DNA of 64,000 nt from Schmidtea polychroa. Taxonomy: Eukaryota. The stretch spans positions 2,170,001 to 2,234,000 of the forward strand of contig CM097888.1 in the NCBI GenBank assembly GCA_044892525.1, in the 5' to 3' direction. Position numbers and translations under genes: made by a program. Below, one piece after another: positions 43,875 to 58,000 of this stretch. Positions within the stretch are counted from its first letter, which is position 1; the number at the start of each line of letters is the position of its first letter. The notes under the pieces are model-generated. The model ran no database searches, was not told the DNA's origin, and was given only the letters and a program-made list of their open reading frames with translations.

Positions 43875-44816
43875 AGACATTTTACATTTATTCTATGAAT
43901 TTATTTGATTCACTAAGCATAAAATACAGAAGTATTAGTTGTTATTAGAATTTGCCATATAATGTGATGCAACTGTGGAACTTGCAAACTATTGATAAAT
44001 GCACCTCCATGACATTCTATAGCAAGGATCATCTCATTAGCTGTAAAGGAGCTTCTCGTGATATTTAGAATAAAATCTTACATACATAAGCAAAGAATGA
44101 CAAGCATAAATCGATAAAATCAAAGAATCCCTTTGAAGCTTGAAAAAGTCTTTCACGAACCTTTTACATTGGTTAGTTGTTTGGTTAGAGGTGTCAGTTA
44201 TGCCAAGAACAACTTTACAAAAATATCTTTGAATATCAAGGCTTTTTTTCCAAAGTTAGCAGCGATGAGTACCAAAGGTAAGGAAAGAATATATATCAAT
44301 GGGACTGTAATATTGGATAGTTCATTTACACCACATTTACACATGTGGTTCACAGCTCATATTATGTTTGTTCAAAAAATATTGCAGTTTTTTTCGTATT
44401 TGTAAGTTTAACATTAATTAATGGAAGAGTTGTAATTCCTTAAAATGGATATTTAGAACTATGACAAGAACTAGGTCAAAAATGTATGGAGAAACAAAGG
44501 TCATTCAAAAAAAAGTAATGTTTATCTAGGTTGATCTTCAAGACCTTGTTGATCTACATAAAATACAGTTGTAGTACAATTAACATTAATATAATTATAC
44601 AATAGCAAATGAAGGTCAGGAGTGCATTAAAAAGAAAACAAACTTCCTATTTAGATAAATTTATTTATTTTATAAAAATATTTTTAGTTTTTTGTTATTT
44701 AGGAATAGGTGAATTTTATTGTTTTATAACCAACATTGTTTTTTGTAGTAAATATTTTGAATTAAATAACTTAATAATATATAAAAAAATGCTTTTAGTG
44801 GTTGGCTTTTTAATCT

Positions 44817-44915
44817 TCGACTTATACTCAAGCCGATAATTTGGAAAGCTAAAAATTAATTTAAATCGACTTCCGACTTATACTCAAACGACCTTATAGT
44901 CAAGTATATACGGTA
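44817..44915. mobile_element. Orphan pogo-type terminus
   Basis: Repeated CGACTTATACTCAA motifs ending in CAAGTATATACGGTA, the typical pogo TIR end plus TA target. Confidence 0.6.
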
Positions 44916-46093
44916 AGGGCTTATTCATGTGTCAACACACATTCATAACAAATTTCTATTTATTGATTTTCAATGACTATTATAAACGATTATTGGTTAC
45001 TATAATGGGATCGATTCACAAATCAAATACATACAAATTAAATAACTTAGCTCAGGTAATGGCAAATAGGAATATAAAGCGAAGGAAACATAATATAAAA
45101 AGGATATACGAAACCTCTCTTTCTTAACGTTAAACATTTTATCTCTAGATTTATAATTGTTATTATTAAATAAAAAGATTTCAAACTTGTGTTTGTGTTA
45201 TTATTTATATAAGAAATCAAGTTTAGTAAACTATCAAGCTCAACAATATATAATGTTATTGTTTAATGAAACGACAAATATATAATTGATTTTTAAGCAA
45301 ACTAGAACTAAATGCCGTATACCATTAAAATATTGTCAAATTAAGTAAGTAAACAAAAGTAAAATAAATGTTTGTCTCAATAATAAAACATATATTACGC
45401 TGTTACATTCTTTATAAGGTGATAAATTAATTAAAATGGAGTTTTATCTCAAATTTAATTTTCATCCACTTTCTGAGATCTTAATCTGTTCTGATCTACC
45501 GTGTAATATTTAGATAGTATGAATGTTTCTATGGGTCATTCCATGTCATTTAACTGATGGAATGAGATTAGTTTCGATAACAGTACTCACTTGCCCATCT
45601 ATTCTCAACCTTGTTATATCCTTCAAACATTGTTGCCCATAGCAGTAACTATTGATGTAACAATAGGAAGGAAATAAGAACATGTGGTTATTGGAGATCA
45701 AGGCTAACCAAGTTCAAAGAAACGAAATAAAGTATCAACTCAGAACACCAACTAATAAATATAATGCAAACTCATTCCAAATATTGATGAAATTTTATGA
45801 AAAAGAAGTTTAGAACTGTTGAAAGTGAAACAAAAAACAAATATTTAGAAACAAATGTTAATATTAAATTTTTAAAACGAAATAATTGTCTTTATTTGAA
45901 TTAAATTGTACTAAATTATACTTTTTAATCACCTATAATTATCTCAAATTTAATAAACTTATTTATTAAATTCTAATTTTCTTTAATTTTCTGGTTAATT
46001 CCGATATTTATAATTTATTATAAACCTTTGTTTAAATATTTGAAACAATTTGAAAACTAAGACAACAAATGTTAAACATTTAAAATTAATTCA

Positions 46094-49000
46094 ATGAAAA
46101 ATACGAGATCATTGGAATTAAATCATATAAAATATGGGAATTTCAATGGGAATTTGAACAATAATAATAACAATGATAATAATTCATCAGATATTGATAA
46201 TTACATCTGGGCTTGCAATGACAGAGAAAGGTAAAATGCAATTAGGAAATAGTTTATCTAACCTGCTGAAATTAGAATTAGTATGCTTGGAAACGTTGAT
46301 AATCTGGCTGATATTGATAGAAGCGAGTTGAAATCCATCCAAAGCCAATTAGTAACCCTCGCAATTGAAGTAAATAAAAGACCAAAGTAAGAATAAAATT
46401 AATTTTAAATAAAATTTCTCTGCGGTTACAGATTAAATATTTGGCAAGAATTGAATGAGCATTTGAATCACATTTCAGCGCTTTCTGAAATGATTTTGCT
46501 CGATAAAAAGGTAAAGTTTAGAAATTTGAAAATTATTTTATTAATTAATTAAATTAATTAATTTGATTATCAATTATATAATTATTGATTATTATATCAA
46601 TTTAATAATGATATTATTTGCTTATCAAAATGATTATTACACTAAATTTATTCATGATCTTGTTGTGGAAACAAACTCAATTTTTTATTAATTTTAATTA
46701 TTAATTAATAATTATTTTTATTATTAAAATTAATTAATTATTCATTTATTTAGACATTAATTATTATAAAATTATTTTAACCACAATAATTATTATTAAA
46801 TTATTAATTAATTATTAATTAATTATCCAATTAATCAATCTTATTTTAATTAAATTGAATTAATCAAATCTTCTAATTATTTTAATTAAAAATCAAATTG
46901 ATTTCAGCTCTAAATAAAAATTTTTGTTAGTGCAAATGAGAAGCTTTTAAATTAATTTTAATTACTATTCAAATTTAATTAATTGTTTTTATTTTGATAT
47001 TTCATAATTCTGCACTTTCTTATAAGTTAAAAGTCGATTTTTGATAGGTTAAAAACATGCAGTATTCCCGAATATATACAATGCTGAAAAACATTATTCT
47101 TTTAAAAAGGTTTTGCTAGCTAAATCAAGGCATAATTATATTAATATCAGAAATGTATTGCAATATTCATATGAGAAACAGTTTCGAATCTTTGATCATT
47201 ATTCATCGTATTGACCAATTTGTATTTTGTAATTGACCAATCATTATTGACCAATCATCATTGACCAAACATCATTGACCAATCATTATTGACCAATCAT
47301 CATTGACCAATCATCATTGACCAATCATCATTGACCAATCATCATTGACCAATCATCATTGACCAATCATCATTGACCAATCATCATTGACCAAACATCA
47401 TTGACCAATCATCATTGACCAATTTAATTAATTGTTTTTATTTTGATATTTCATAATTCTGCACTTTCTTATAAGTTAAAAGTCGATTTTTGATAGGTTA
47501 AAAACATGCAGTATTCCCGAATATATACAATGCTGAAAAACATTATTCTTTTAAAAAGGTTTTGCTAGCTAAATCAAGGCATAATTATATTAATATCAGA
47601 AATGTATTGCAATATTCATATGAGAAACAGTTTCGAATCTTTGATCATTATTCATCGTATTGACCAATTTGTATTTTGTAATTGACCAATCATTATTGAC
47701 CAATCATCATTGACCAAACATCATTGACCAATCATTATTGACCAATCATCATTGACCAATCATCATTGACCAATCATCATTGACCAATCATCATTGACCA
47801 ATCATCATTGACCAATCATCATTGACCAATCATCATTGACCAAACATCATTGACCAATCATCATTGACCAATCATCATTGACCAATCATCATTGACCAAT
47901 CATTATTGACCAATCATTATTGACCAATAATCATTGACCAATCATCATTGACCAAACATCATTGACCAATCATCATTGACCAATCATCATTGACCAATCA
48001 TCATTACACCAATCATTATTGACCAATCATCATTGACCAATCATCATCATTTTGTGGAGTTGTAATTTGTAATAACCTGATTTAGGAAATTGTAATCGGT
48101 AGTAATTTGGTTTGTAAAATTGGAATTGTTAGGTTCGCTAGCACAGTGCACAATCTCGCTCCAAAAAATACTACGCGTATAAATAACTAAGATAATTCGA
48201 TTTCAACGATAAAATTTATTTTAAAATATAAATATAACAAATATGGTTTATATAATTTAAATAATCAAATCAATATTGCCGCAAAACTATAAAGCAAAGA
48301 CATCGGGTTTGTCCAACAGTTCTTGGATATTTCTAAGTTAGCGAGAGCTGGATTCTAATTTATCTACCGTTTCGCTCGAAAGTGAAAGGTAAGAGATTAG
48401 GGATTCCCAAAATATGCGCTATCGATTGCTACTAATAATCGGCAACAACGTTTCCTACAATCCTACCTTCTATAATTTTATAATAAACAATAAAAAAAAA
48501 CAGACAATTCAGTTTAACTAAAAAATTCTTGTCTCAAAACCCCAAAACTATATTTACAACGTATTCCTAGCAACTGTTTCAAATGGTTTAATCAAATAAA
48601 TTGACAGCCGTTTTCTGCTGGGTGAAACCCGGGTAACTATTCGGATAATCATGCAAGGTAAGTTAACTTCTAAAAAGCTAATACTTTTGTCTTTTTAGAT
48701 AATTTCCCCTGTATTTATTACAAATTGTACTTGGAAAGTATTTTTTTAAGTATTTTAAATAAGTATTAAAACATACTAAAACAAATTTAGTTTTATTTGT
48801 ATATTATTTAGTTTGGTTATAAATATTTAATTTAATTTACAACTGTCTATAANNNNNNNNNNNNNNNNNNNNNNNNNNNNNNNNNNNNNNNNNNNNNNNN
48901 NNNNNNNNNNNNNNNNNNNNNNNNNNNNNNNNNNNNNNNNNNNNNNNNNNNNNNNNNNNNNNNNNNNNNNNNNNNNNNNNNNNNNNNNNNNTAACCAAAA

Positions 49001-52000
49001 ATTAGTTCTATCAAAACAATTGTTATATATTTAGAATTTATAATTCCTATTAGCAATGCTTTTGAATGTCGAGCAAAGCCGAGTTAATTAGCTACTTATA
49101 AATATTTATTTATCAATAATTTAAATAATACCATTCAATATTAAAACAAACAATTTTTAAAGTAAATTTATTAAAATTAATTAATTTTTTTGTTAATTTC
49201 TGAATCTTCCATATTAATATATTTTTTTTTGCTGAAAGTAATCGCTACAGATGTTAAATTATTTGAAACTTTTTTATACAATATTCTCATGTTCTCTATC
49301 TTTTCTGTATTAATCAATCCGCTTCATCCTATTCTGGTATTTTTTGGTATAATTTTCTTTTACTTTTAAACGGACAGCTGGAATCTGAATTGGGTGCGGT
49401 ATACAAATATCTCTTGGAGAATCCGGAATTCTCGTACTTACTTCCAGGCATGGAAATGAAACTGAGACAGTTTTTGAAAATAGCGAATAAAACCTTATCT
49501 AAACCAGTCGAGAGAAAAGAGGAAGATGAAGGAAAGTATTATCCATTGCCAATTAGGAAGTTTAATAAAAAGCCAAGTTCAAAAATCATGCCGGAAAATG
49601 TAGTAGAATGGTTTGTTGACAGAACGAAAGGAGATTTATTTAATCCAGCAACAATTGACAGAAATATCTCAGTGAAGGTATAGGAATTGTCAGATTTATT
49701 TCTAACTTTATCTCTCTCTCTCTCTCAATATTGCAGCCAAAAAAAATCAAGATGAAAGATTTCCTTGCAGCGATTGGCAGTGTAGCCAAAGAGATTATAT
49801 TCACACAATATGCATTTGAAAAACCTTTAGAAAATCTTATCAAGGCATTTGATGTGGATTTATCAGAATTCAGGTCCTCCATTACAGAAGATATCGATGA
49901 GAAATTCTCAGAAATAGAAGGGGGTTCAGTTCAAATGCCAGAAACTGAAGATTTAAGTGAAGACACGAAAAATATTGACTTGGTAATTGGTTTTGATCCT
50001 ATAATCTCCTATCAGCCTCTTCTCTAGGCTAAAGGGTTTCCAAAACCAAAATCCGGACGGGATACTGTTATTTATATGATCAAATGTTTCCATTTACGGG
50101 AGATGCGGGTTGCCTATCTCAATTATACAAAACTGAGGATTCGGGATTTATATTCTTTGACAGTGGTTCATAAAACTCAAGTAATTGGTATAATNNNNNN
50201 NNNNNNNNNNNNNNNNNNNNNNNNNNNNNNNNNNNNNNNNNNNNNNNNNNNNNNNNNNNNNNNNNNNNNNNNNNNNNNNNNNNNNNNNNNNNNNNNNNNN
50301 NNNNNNNNNNNNNNNNNNNNNNNNNNNNNNNNNNNNNNNNNNNNNNNNNNNNNNNNNNNNNNNNNNNNNNNNNNNNNNNNNNNNNNNNNNNNNNNNNNNN
50401 NNNNNNNNNNNNNNNNNNNNNNNNNNNNNNNNGCATTATATTTTCAGTAGTTTTGGTATAATCCATCGATACCCTGATGGAACCGGGGTCGCTATGTCCT
50501 TGACAGATTGGTATAGGGAGTCGATCCTTTATAATGCCCTGAAATGCATGCCCTTCGTGAAGCAGTTTCTGACGCGGAAATATTTTCAAGGGTACCAGTG
50601 TCATATTATTACTAATTAAATATGTTGTTAACCATTCAGATGGAAATCACTGGCCGTGAGAAACAGGCATTTATCTGTGGGAAAATATTTGACCCGCAAC
50701 TTGTTGCCAGTCAATCTGACTTATGGGAAATCAATATTGCAAATTCTCAGGTGAATAATCGATATAATGTGCAATTATTGATTGAATTAATATTCATCAT
50801 TCTAGACTGCTCGATGAGATTTCCCAGATAACATTTGTCCCTAGCGAATTGAGGTAATTGGTATCATATATATATATTTGTTATTAGCAGATGCTTGAAT
50901 GAGCCATTTAGAGAGATCCAGACTGAGGCATCCTTCACACAATTGATATCCTATTCCACTTCTTCTGCCAATGAATATCTTATCAAGTTTTACAAGTTAG
51001 TTTCTTATATCTTTCTTTGATTTACAATATCACCTACTCACAGGCTTGATATTTTATTGATTAAATTTCACAATTTTATTGATTATTTTCCTCATTAAAT
51101 ATTTATCAATTTTAATAATTATATATTTCAATTTTATAAGTAAAATTGTCAGCAATTCTGCAATAACAATCAGCGATTGACTAATGATATATTGAAATTT
51201 ATTGATAACACAATTATGCACAATGTGACATTGACACAAATATCGAATGCGATAATTATCACTAGATTTACGGACAGCCAATTTCACTCATTTAAAATTC
51301 TATTGCAAATCTAGTGTTAAATCGTATGGCCAATCCTATGGGATATTTTAGGTTTGAATCAGTAGAATATATTAGATCAGCCGTCATCCTTTACAGGGAC
51401 GGCTCAAGAAATTTTATCCAAGCCTAGCGCCCTAGGCGAATTTTTATGAAGCGCCTACCCTAAAGAATGCCAACTGAAACATTATGTTTTAATAATTTAA
51501 ATTTCTTAATTCAACGAGTAATAAATTTTTTATTGAGTGAAATAAAAAATTTGTCCATTTCAATATATATTAATATATGCAGTTTCAAAATACATAAATA
51601 ATAGTACAAAATAATATCGGAGTGACAATTGTGAAAGAGCAAAATTAAAGATATCATAATAAATAATTTTTTTTATATATTCGAGAAATAATTTAGAAAA
51701 ATATTTTTGCGCCCTTGGCGGCCGCCTAATTCGCCTATATGGTAGAGTCGTCCCTGCTCCTTTATATAAAAATGCCTAATTGATGCATATAAACAGCCCA
51801 ACAAAATTCTGATTAGTGAATTTTCACTAAAATGTTGAGGAATTAACTATATCTAATTTCCCATTACCGCATTAGTATAATATATTAATTTCTGGTCCAG
51901 CTTTATGCCAGGCCTGCTTTATCGGGTCATCCAAAATATCATAACATATTGTCCATAAAAAGATCTTTAACTTTGTTGCGACATTAATATCGTGTCGATA

Positions 52001-55000
52001 GGAATTATGTCTCGATCTGGCTCATCGTATTCAGTCAAAATCAATAAAATCACTTTATCACAATTCAATACACTCCATTCAGTCAATCACAAAATATAAC
52101 CGGAGTAGAGACCTACCGGATATCTGAATTTACCCGTCAATTTCTCGGTCCGTCAAGGGGCAACTATTATCAAGGCATATAGGCTATATCTTTTTTTCTT
52201 CAGTTACCGCTGTAGTACATCGGATGACTTTTGCTTAATTTGATAAAATAATGGATTTCAGAATAGGGGAGGGGTTGTAAATGATGAACCTTTGCCCAAG
52301 CGCTACATATCCTAATAACATCAATTACATCACTGCCTAAAATCAAGCTCATCATTAAATGTAACATTTTAATTTTTTGTTCACTTAAAATAGAAATGGT
52401 TGATTTGGTTATGCTTGTGTAGATATGTTCAAATGATGGTCAATGAAACTGCTGCAGAATTATACAAAGCTTTGCAATTTTCCCAGCTCCAACTCCATAG
52501 CAACAATTTATAGTATACTTTTCATTTGTAAGATATCCTTTTGGTAATTCTTCCATACAGTTCCAACGATTCGATTTATATGAAAAAGATAAAACAAAAG
52601 AATCGGCAACAAGCTCTTAATGATTGTTTGGATCAGGTTTACAAGTTAGGCGACTTTGTGAAGCTAGTCAATTTCATGCTCAACAACAAAACCGTTGAGA
52701 TTGCATTGAACAACATCACAATTCTCAGTGAATTATTATGCTCTATGGAAACGAACAATGATAAAAATGGCGCCAATAATAAACCGGGAAAAGTCGCAAT
52801 TTTTAGCACCAAGGCCGTAATAGTACCAACTGATGATAAGCTCGAGCTTAGGGCATTTCCAGGAGTTGAGGATATTGAAATCATGTTTACGGATATCATC
52901 AATAGCATTCCTAAATTGATCTTGAAACATTGCTACCCTTTCGATGGGTTAATCAGAAAAGACTACCTTAACAGGTTCAATGACATCATCATTGGTAATC
53001 TCAATGGGAACAGGACCGGAAATTCAACCATTCTCACTAGTAAATCAGAAATTCAAATAGAAATTATGACCGAATCAGAGAAAAAGTTGAACAAAATAAC
53101 GAAGCCAGATTTGCCTTACATAAGTATTAATTCTATTTTATTATAATTTTATATATTATATGAATATTCGATGCTTTGTGTGTAATTCTTTTCAAGTTAA
53201 CCAATAGGATTAACCTATAGTTAACTAATAGGATTAACCTATAGTTAACCAATAGGATTCATATTAGGTTGAAAGGGATTATTTTATAATTGAAAATTCT
53301 ATTCGAATAAAATTTGCAGGAAATACTTACAATTATTATTTATTTAGTGTATGGTATGTATAATATGCTGCAATCAAGGAGCTATGAATATTTCTTATTA
53401 TTTTATCACACTATATAGAACTTCCTGTGAAATCTGAAGATAATCTCAGAGTCGCGACGCCACCGGCTGTTAATCCAAATATCTTCAACAAACCGTCACT
53501 CAAGTTAATCGGTCGTTCCATACCGGCTAAGTTTACTCCAATAAACACTGAAGATGTGTTCGAAATTCTTAAGCTCAAGTACGAATTGGATAATTAAATC
53601 AAATTAAATCCTATTTAGTCCCATTTACTGCAATTTGGTCAATAATTTTACCAAACTTTTCCACGATTGTCAACAAGAAATGGATGCATTATTTCAGGAG
53701 GTTAGATGGCTGGTTGACGTGAGGAATGAATACAAGGAATGGGCAAAAGTGAACATGAACACAGAATGGATCAACCAATCTCCATATTTGTATGAAGTAT
53801 GTTTACTGCTTCCTTAACCTCCATGCAATTGAGTGGGTTCAGCAGAAACTAGTGAAGGTCAAACGCTACATTCACAATTTGGAGAGCACAGAAAAACAAG
53901 TGATTTTATCAAACAGGATATTTACGGTGTCGTTTGAATCAATTATTGAAGAATTGGTGGCGGAAATGGAATTCGAGCTCGAGGCTATTTCTGATTTCAT
54001 TTTGAATTTAGTTAGGAAATTGGGTTTGGAATTTATAGGGCAAATAACTGATGTACTTCAAGTGAGTGCTTTAATTTCATTGTGTAATTGAATTTATCTA
54101 ATTAGAACTTTTATGTACCCACATAGCTTAGGAAACGAAAGGGAATGGGAAAGTGATTAGGATAGCCCATGATAAATGTAAATCAAATATATAATATAAA
54201 CACAGTTGACCCGAAATTGTTATATAATCTTATTACTGTAAATATGTTAATTTCAATATTGCAAATATATTAATTATATCAATACTGAATAAATATTTAT
54301 TATATCAATATTCTAAACAATTAAATGATAATTTAAGCCCCTTGCTGCGAAAAATATATTTAATACAAATGAGAAATAATTTTTCGCAGCAAAAGGCTTA
54401 AATTATCATTTAATTGTTTAAAATTTAATTAATGCTGCTACCAAATAATCATCACTTTATATCAATACTCCATATGTATTGATTATATCAATATTGAAAA
54501 TATATTAATTATATCAATACTAAAATATATTAATTACATCAATATTGAAATATATTAAACAATATAAATATATAATAAATAACATAAAATAAAATGGCAT
54601 TATATGTACAGTTGATAAATTAAAATACTTATTTATTTATTTATTTTAATTTGGTTTTATTTAAATTTCAAATGTGTCAGATCATTTTGCCCCACGCTTT
54701 TCACTCGTTTTAATTTATTTTTATCTTTCTCTTCTAAATTGCAAATGGCATAAATTGCACCGTTTTAGGATTCCTTCGTTCCTGGTTTTTGTTCGGTGAT
54801 ATAACAAAGCGGTAATAAATGTTTTCAGTGATATTTTATGGCTGGCAATATTCAATATTACCCAAAATCACTTAAGTAAGAAATTACTTTGTCAGGAACA
54901 TTTTATTAATATTCTGAAAGAAATTTTGAAGATATTAATAAAATTGAAAATTTTCTAAAAGTTTAATTATAGTACCTTTGATAGAATGCATTGTTCTCGG

Positions 55001-58000
55001 CGGTGAATCTATCTGCCGAATTTCAGCTCAATCCAGTCATGGAAAGTGGGTTAATTAGCTGTCACAAGATTTGATTGGCTTATACAAACATACAAACATA
55101 CATGCAAAGTGAAGTTAATATAGAAATAGTTTTTTTATCATTTAGTGTTGTCTCAATTTAATATTTTGTTTTTAACTCATTTCAATGCCAATTATTTATT
55201 TACTTTTTTGATTTAAAAAAGCTTCGGTTTATTTTATTTGAATTCCGCTTTTTTATTTGTATAATTTTGTAGTTTCTACGAGAACGAAGATTGGATGTGG
55301 AAATATTCACCAAAGTTGTCCACTATATCGGATATAGTAGAGATAATCACGTAGAATTACAGAAATCTGTGGATTATATTAAATCACTTTTTGATGTAAG
55401 TTATTATCATTATTTTATTTATTTATTAACTATTATTAATAATAATAATAATAAATAATGGTTTCTTGGTAGCGGCATGAATTTAATGTTAAACAAGAAA
55501 AGGATAAAACAAGCTTTTGTTGATAAACATGTATTAAATTAAATCAGGAATTTCCGATTGTAAAATAATAATTGTTATCCACTAAATTTTTAGAGATTGA
55601 AAGGAATTATCTTAATATTTAAAGTTTTTTCATTTAATTTAATACCTATTTTGCAGCAAAGTCNNNNNNNNNNNNNNNNNNNNNNNNNNNNNNNNNNNNN
55701 NNNNNNNNNNNNNNNNNNNNNNNNNNNNNNNNNNNNNNNNNNNNNNNNNNNNNNNNNNNNNNNNNNNNNNNNNNNNNNNNNNNNNNNNNNNNNNNNNNNN
55801 NNNNNNNNNNNNNNNNNNNNNNNNNNNNNNNNNNNNNNNNNNNNNNNNNNNNNNNNNNNNNNNNNNNNNNNNNNNNNNNNNNNNNNNNNNNNNNNNNNNN
55901 NNNNNNNNNNNNNNNNNNNNNNNNNNNNNNNNNNNNNNNNNNNNNNNNNNNNNNNNNNNNNNNNNNNNNNNNNNNNNNNNNNNNNNNNNNNNNNNNNNNN
56001 NNNNNNNNNNNNNNNNNNNNNNNNNNNNNNNNNNNNNNNNNTATAATTAATATAAATCAATGTTCAGATGCTGCGTATCTCGGAGAAACACGTTAACGAT
56101 AAGGATAAATCCATTGAGGATGATGTGACAACCCTTTGGGAATCATTCATATTTCAGTTACAAGAAGCAAATGATTTTGTGAATAGTGAAAAAGAAAATA
56201 TTTTGTTCACAATTAAAACAAAAATCAAGGTTAGTATCAATCTGGTTCAGAGTAATTTATGATCTTAATGAAAAGACCTGGATCCTGATGTAACGGAAAG
56301 GGTAAATATGAAATGAGATTCATGGTAATATGTTATTGAGGCATGAAATATTCGTTTGTGGCACACCATATTAATTATTTCACTGAATATCTGTATTTTT
56401 TCACAAAGGTCTTTGTTGATATCTTATTTATGTTGCAACAAATTTCATTATTTTATTTTGTGTAATATCTTTCATCTCGATCCTTTTCATTTCTTCGCAA
56501 ATGTATAATATCAACAGGGAAATGTCAAGTAACACTTAGAACTATGGTTGAGGATATACATTTGGTCAATAAGGTTGGCCACTATGAGCAACGGTGCTAA
56601 TGTAGTCAATTGCAAAACGTCATACAAGGTCACCAAATGTATGCAAGGGTTACTGATAGTGATGGAAGGAATCTGAACACTTTCATTAATATTGTGCGAT
56701 ATCATTGTGAGGAGAAATATATGTTATATGGGGCTATATTGTACGATATAAATCTTGATCCAGGCAATGTTATCCAATAATGATATTAATTTCGGCATGC
56801 TTGAACTGTCTGGTCATATGATGCATGAAATGTTAGGCTGTCACTGTTTGATCATTTGATGCGCATGGCTTTTGCTTTTTTATTATTAGGAATGCCCTGA
56901 TTCACTTCCTTGCAGGAACTAGAGGACAATGCTAGAAATATCGAAAATGTGATTTGCGGATCCAAATATTCGACTATATCAGATGATGTTAAAGGGGTAT
57001 TGATGGAAATCAGCAAAGTAAGTATCATTATAAAATATTTACTTGCAATCAAATCATGTATATGACAGGAATTAAAGGGTTTCAATTATTATTACTTATT
57101 TATTACCATATCTTGTAAAATAAATAACAGCAGCGTAACCTAGCACTTAAATACTCTGTACCAAATGTGAAGGTCNNNNNNNNNNNNNNNNNNNNNNNNN
57201 NNNNNNNNNNNNNNNNNNNNNNNNNNNNNNNNNNNNNNNNNNNNNNNNNNNNNNNNNNNNNNNNNNNNNNNNNNNNNNNNNNNNNNNNNNNNNNNNNNNN
57301 NNNNNNNNNNNNNNNNNNNNNNNNNNNNNNNNNNNNNNNNNNNNNNNNNNNNNNNNNNNNNNNNNTCCAATTTCACCACTGATTATTTAATCCATTGAAT
57401 TAAAAAGAGAGCTTGAAGGCTATAAATCAGTAATATATCGATGTTTGTTGATACTCACGAATTTTCGGCACTGCCTTTATACATATAATGATACATAATA
57501 ATACATATAATCATACATAATGATGCGTATAATGATATATAATAATACATAATGATACATAATTATGTATATATTGATATATAATGATACATAATGATGC
57601 ATATAATGATAAATATACATATAATCATACATATAATGATACATCATGATACATAATGATACATATAATCATACATATCATGATACATATAATGATACAT
57701 AATAATACATATAATCATACATAGATGCATATAATGATACCAATAGGTACATATGATTTACACAGACCTCACTTGATTGTCATCATGTAGGAAACCCATT
57801 TGATCTGTTAATTCTATTTCTGTGAAATCCTTTAATAAACGGCCATATATGGATAATTGATCAACCTCTAATTAACCTCTAACCTAACAAATGATGGATG
57901 GAAAGGTTTCCTACATTATCTACCTAGCGTCATATAGTGAGGGGATATATTAGTATTTGTATGCGCAAAGATAAAAGTTTAGATAATAATTTATCCACAG

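Noticed and set aside
43900-45760. Possible minus-strand gene convergent with AMN
   Set aside because: There are short open stretches and one good donor (GTGAGT near 45590), but no consistent exon chain or recognisable domain could be built.
5408-57382. ORFs in the track that consist mostly of X residues
   Set aside because: They span N-gaps and are artefacts, except where the flanking residues match AMN exons or Penelope fragments.
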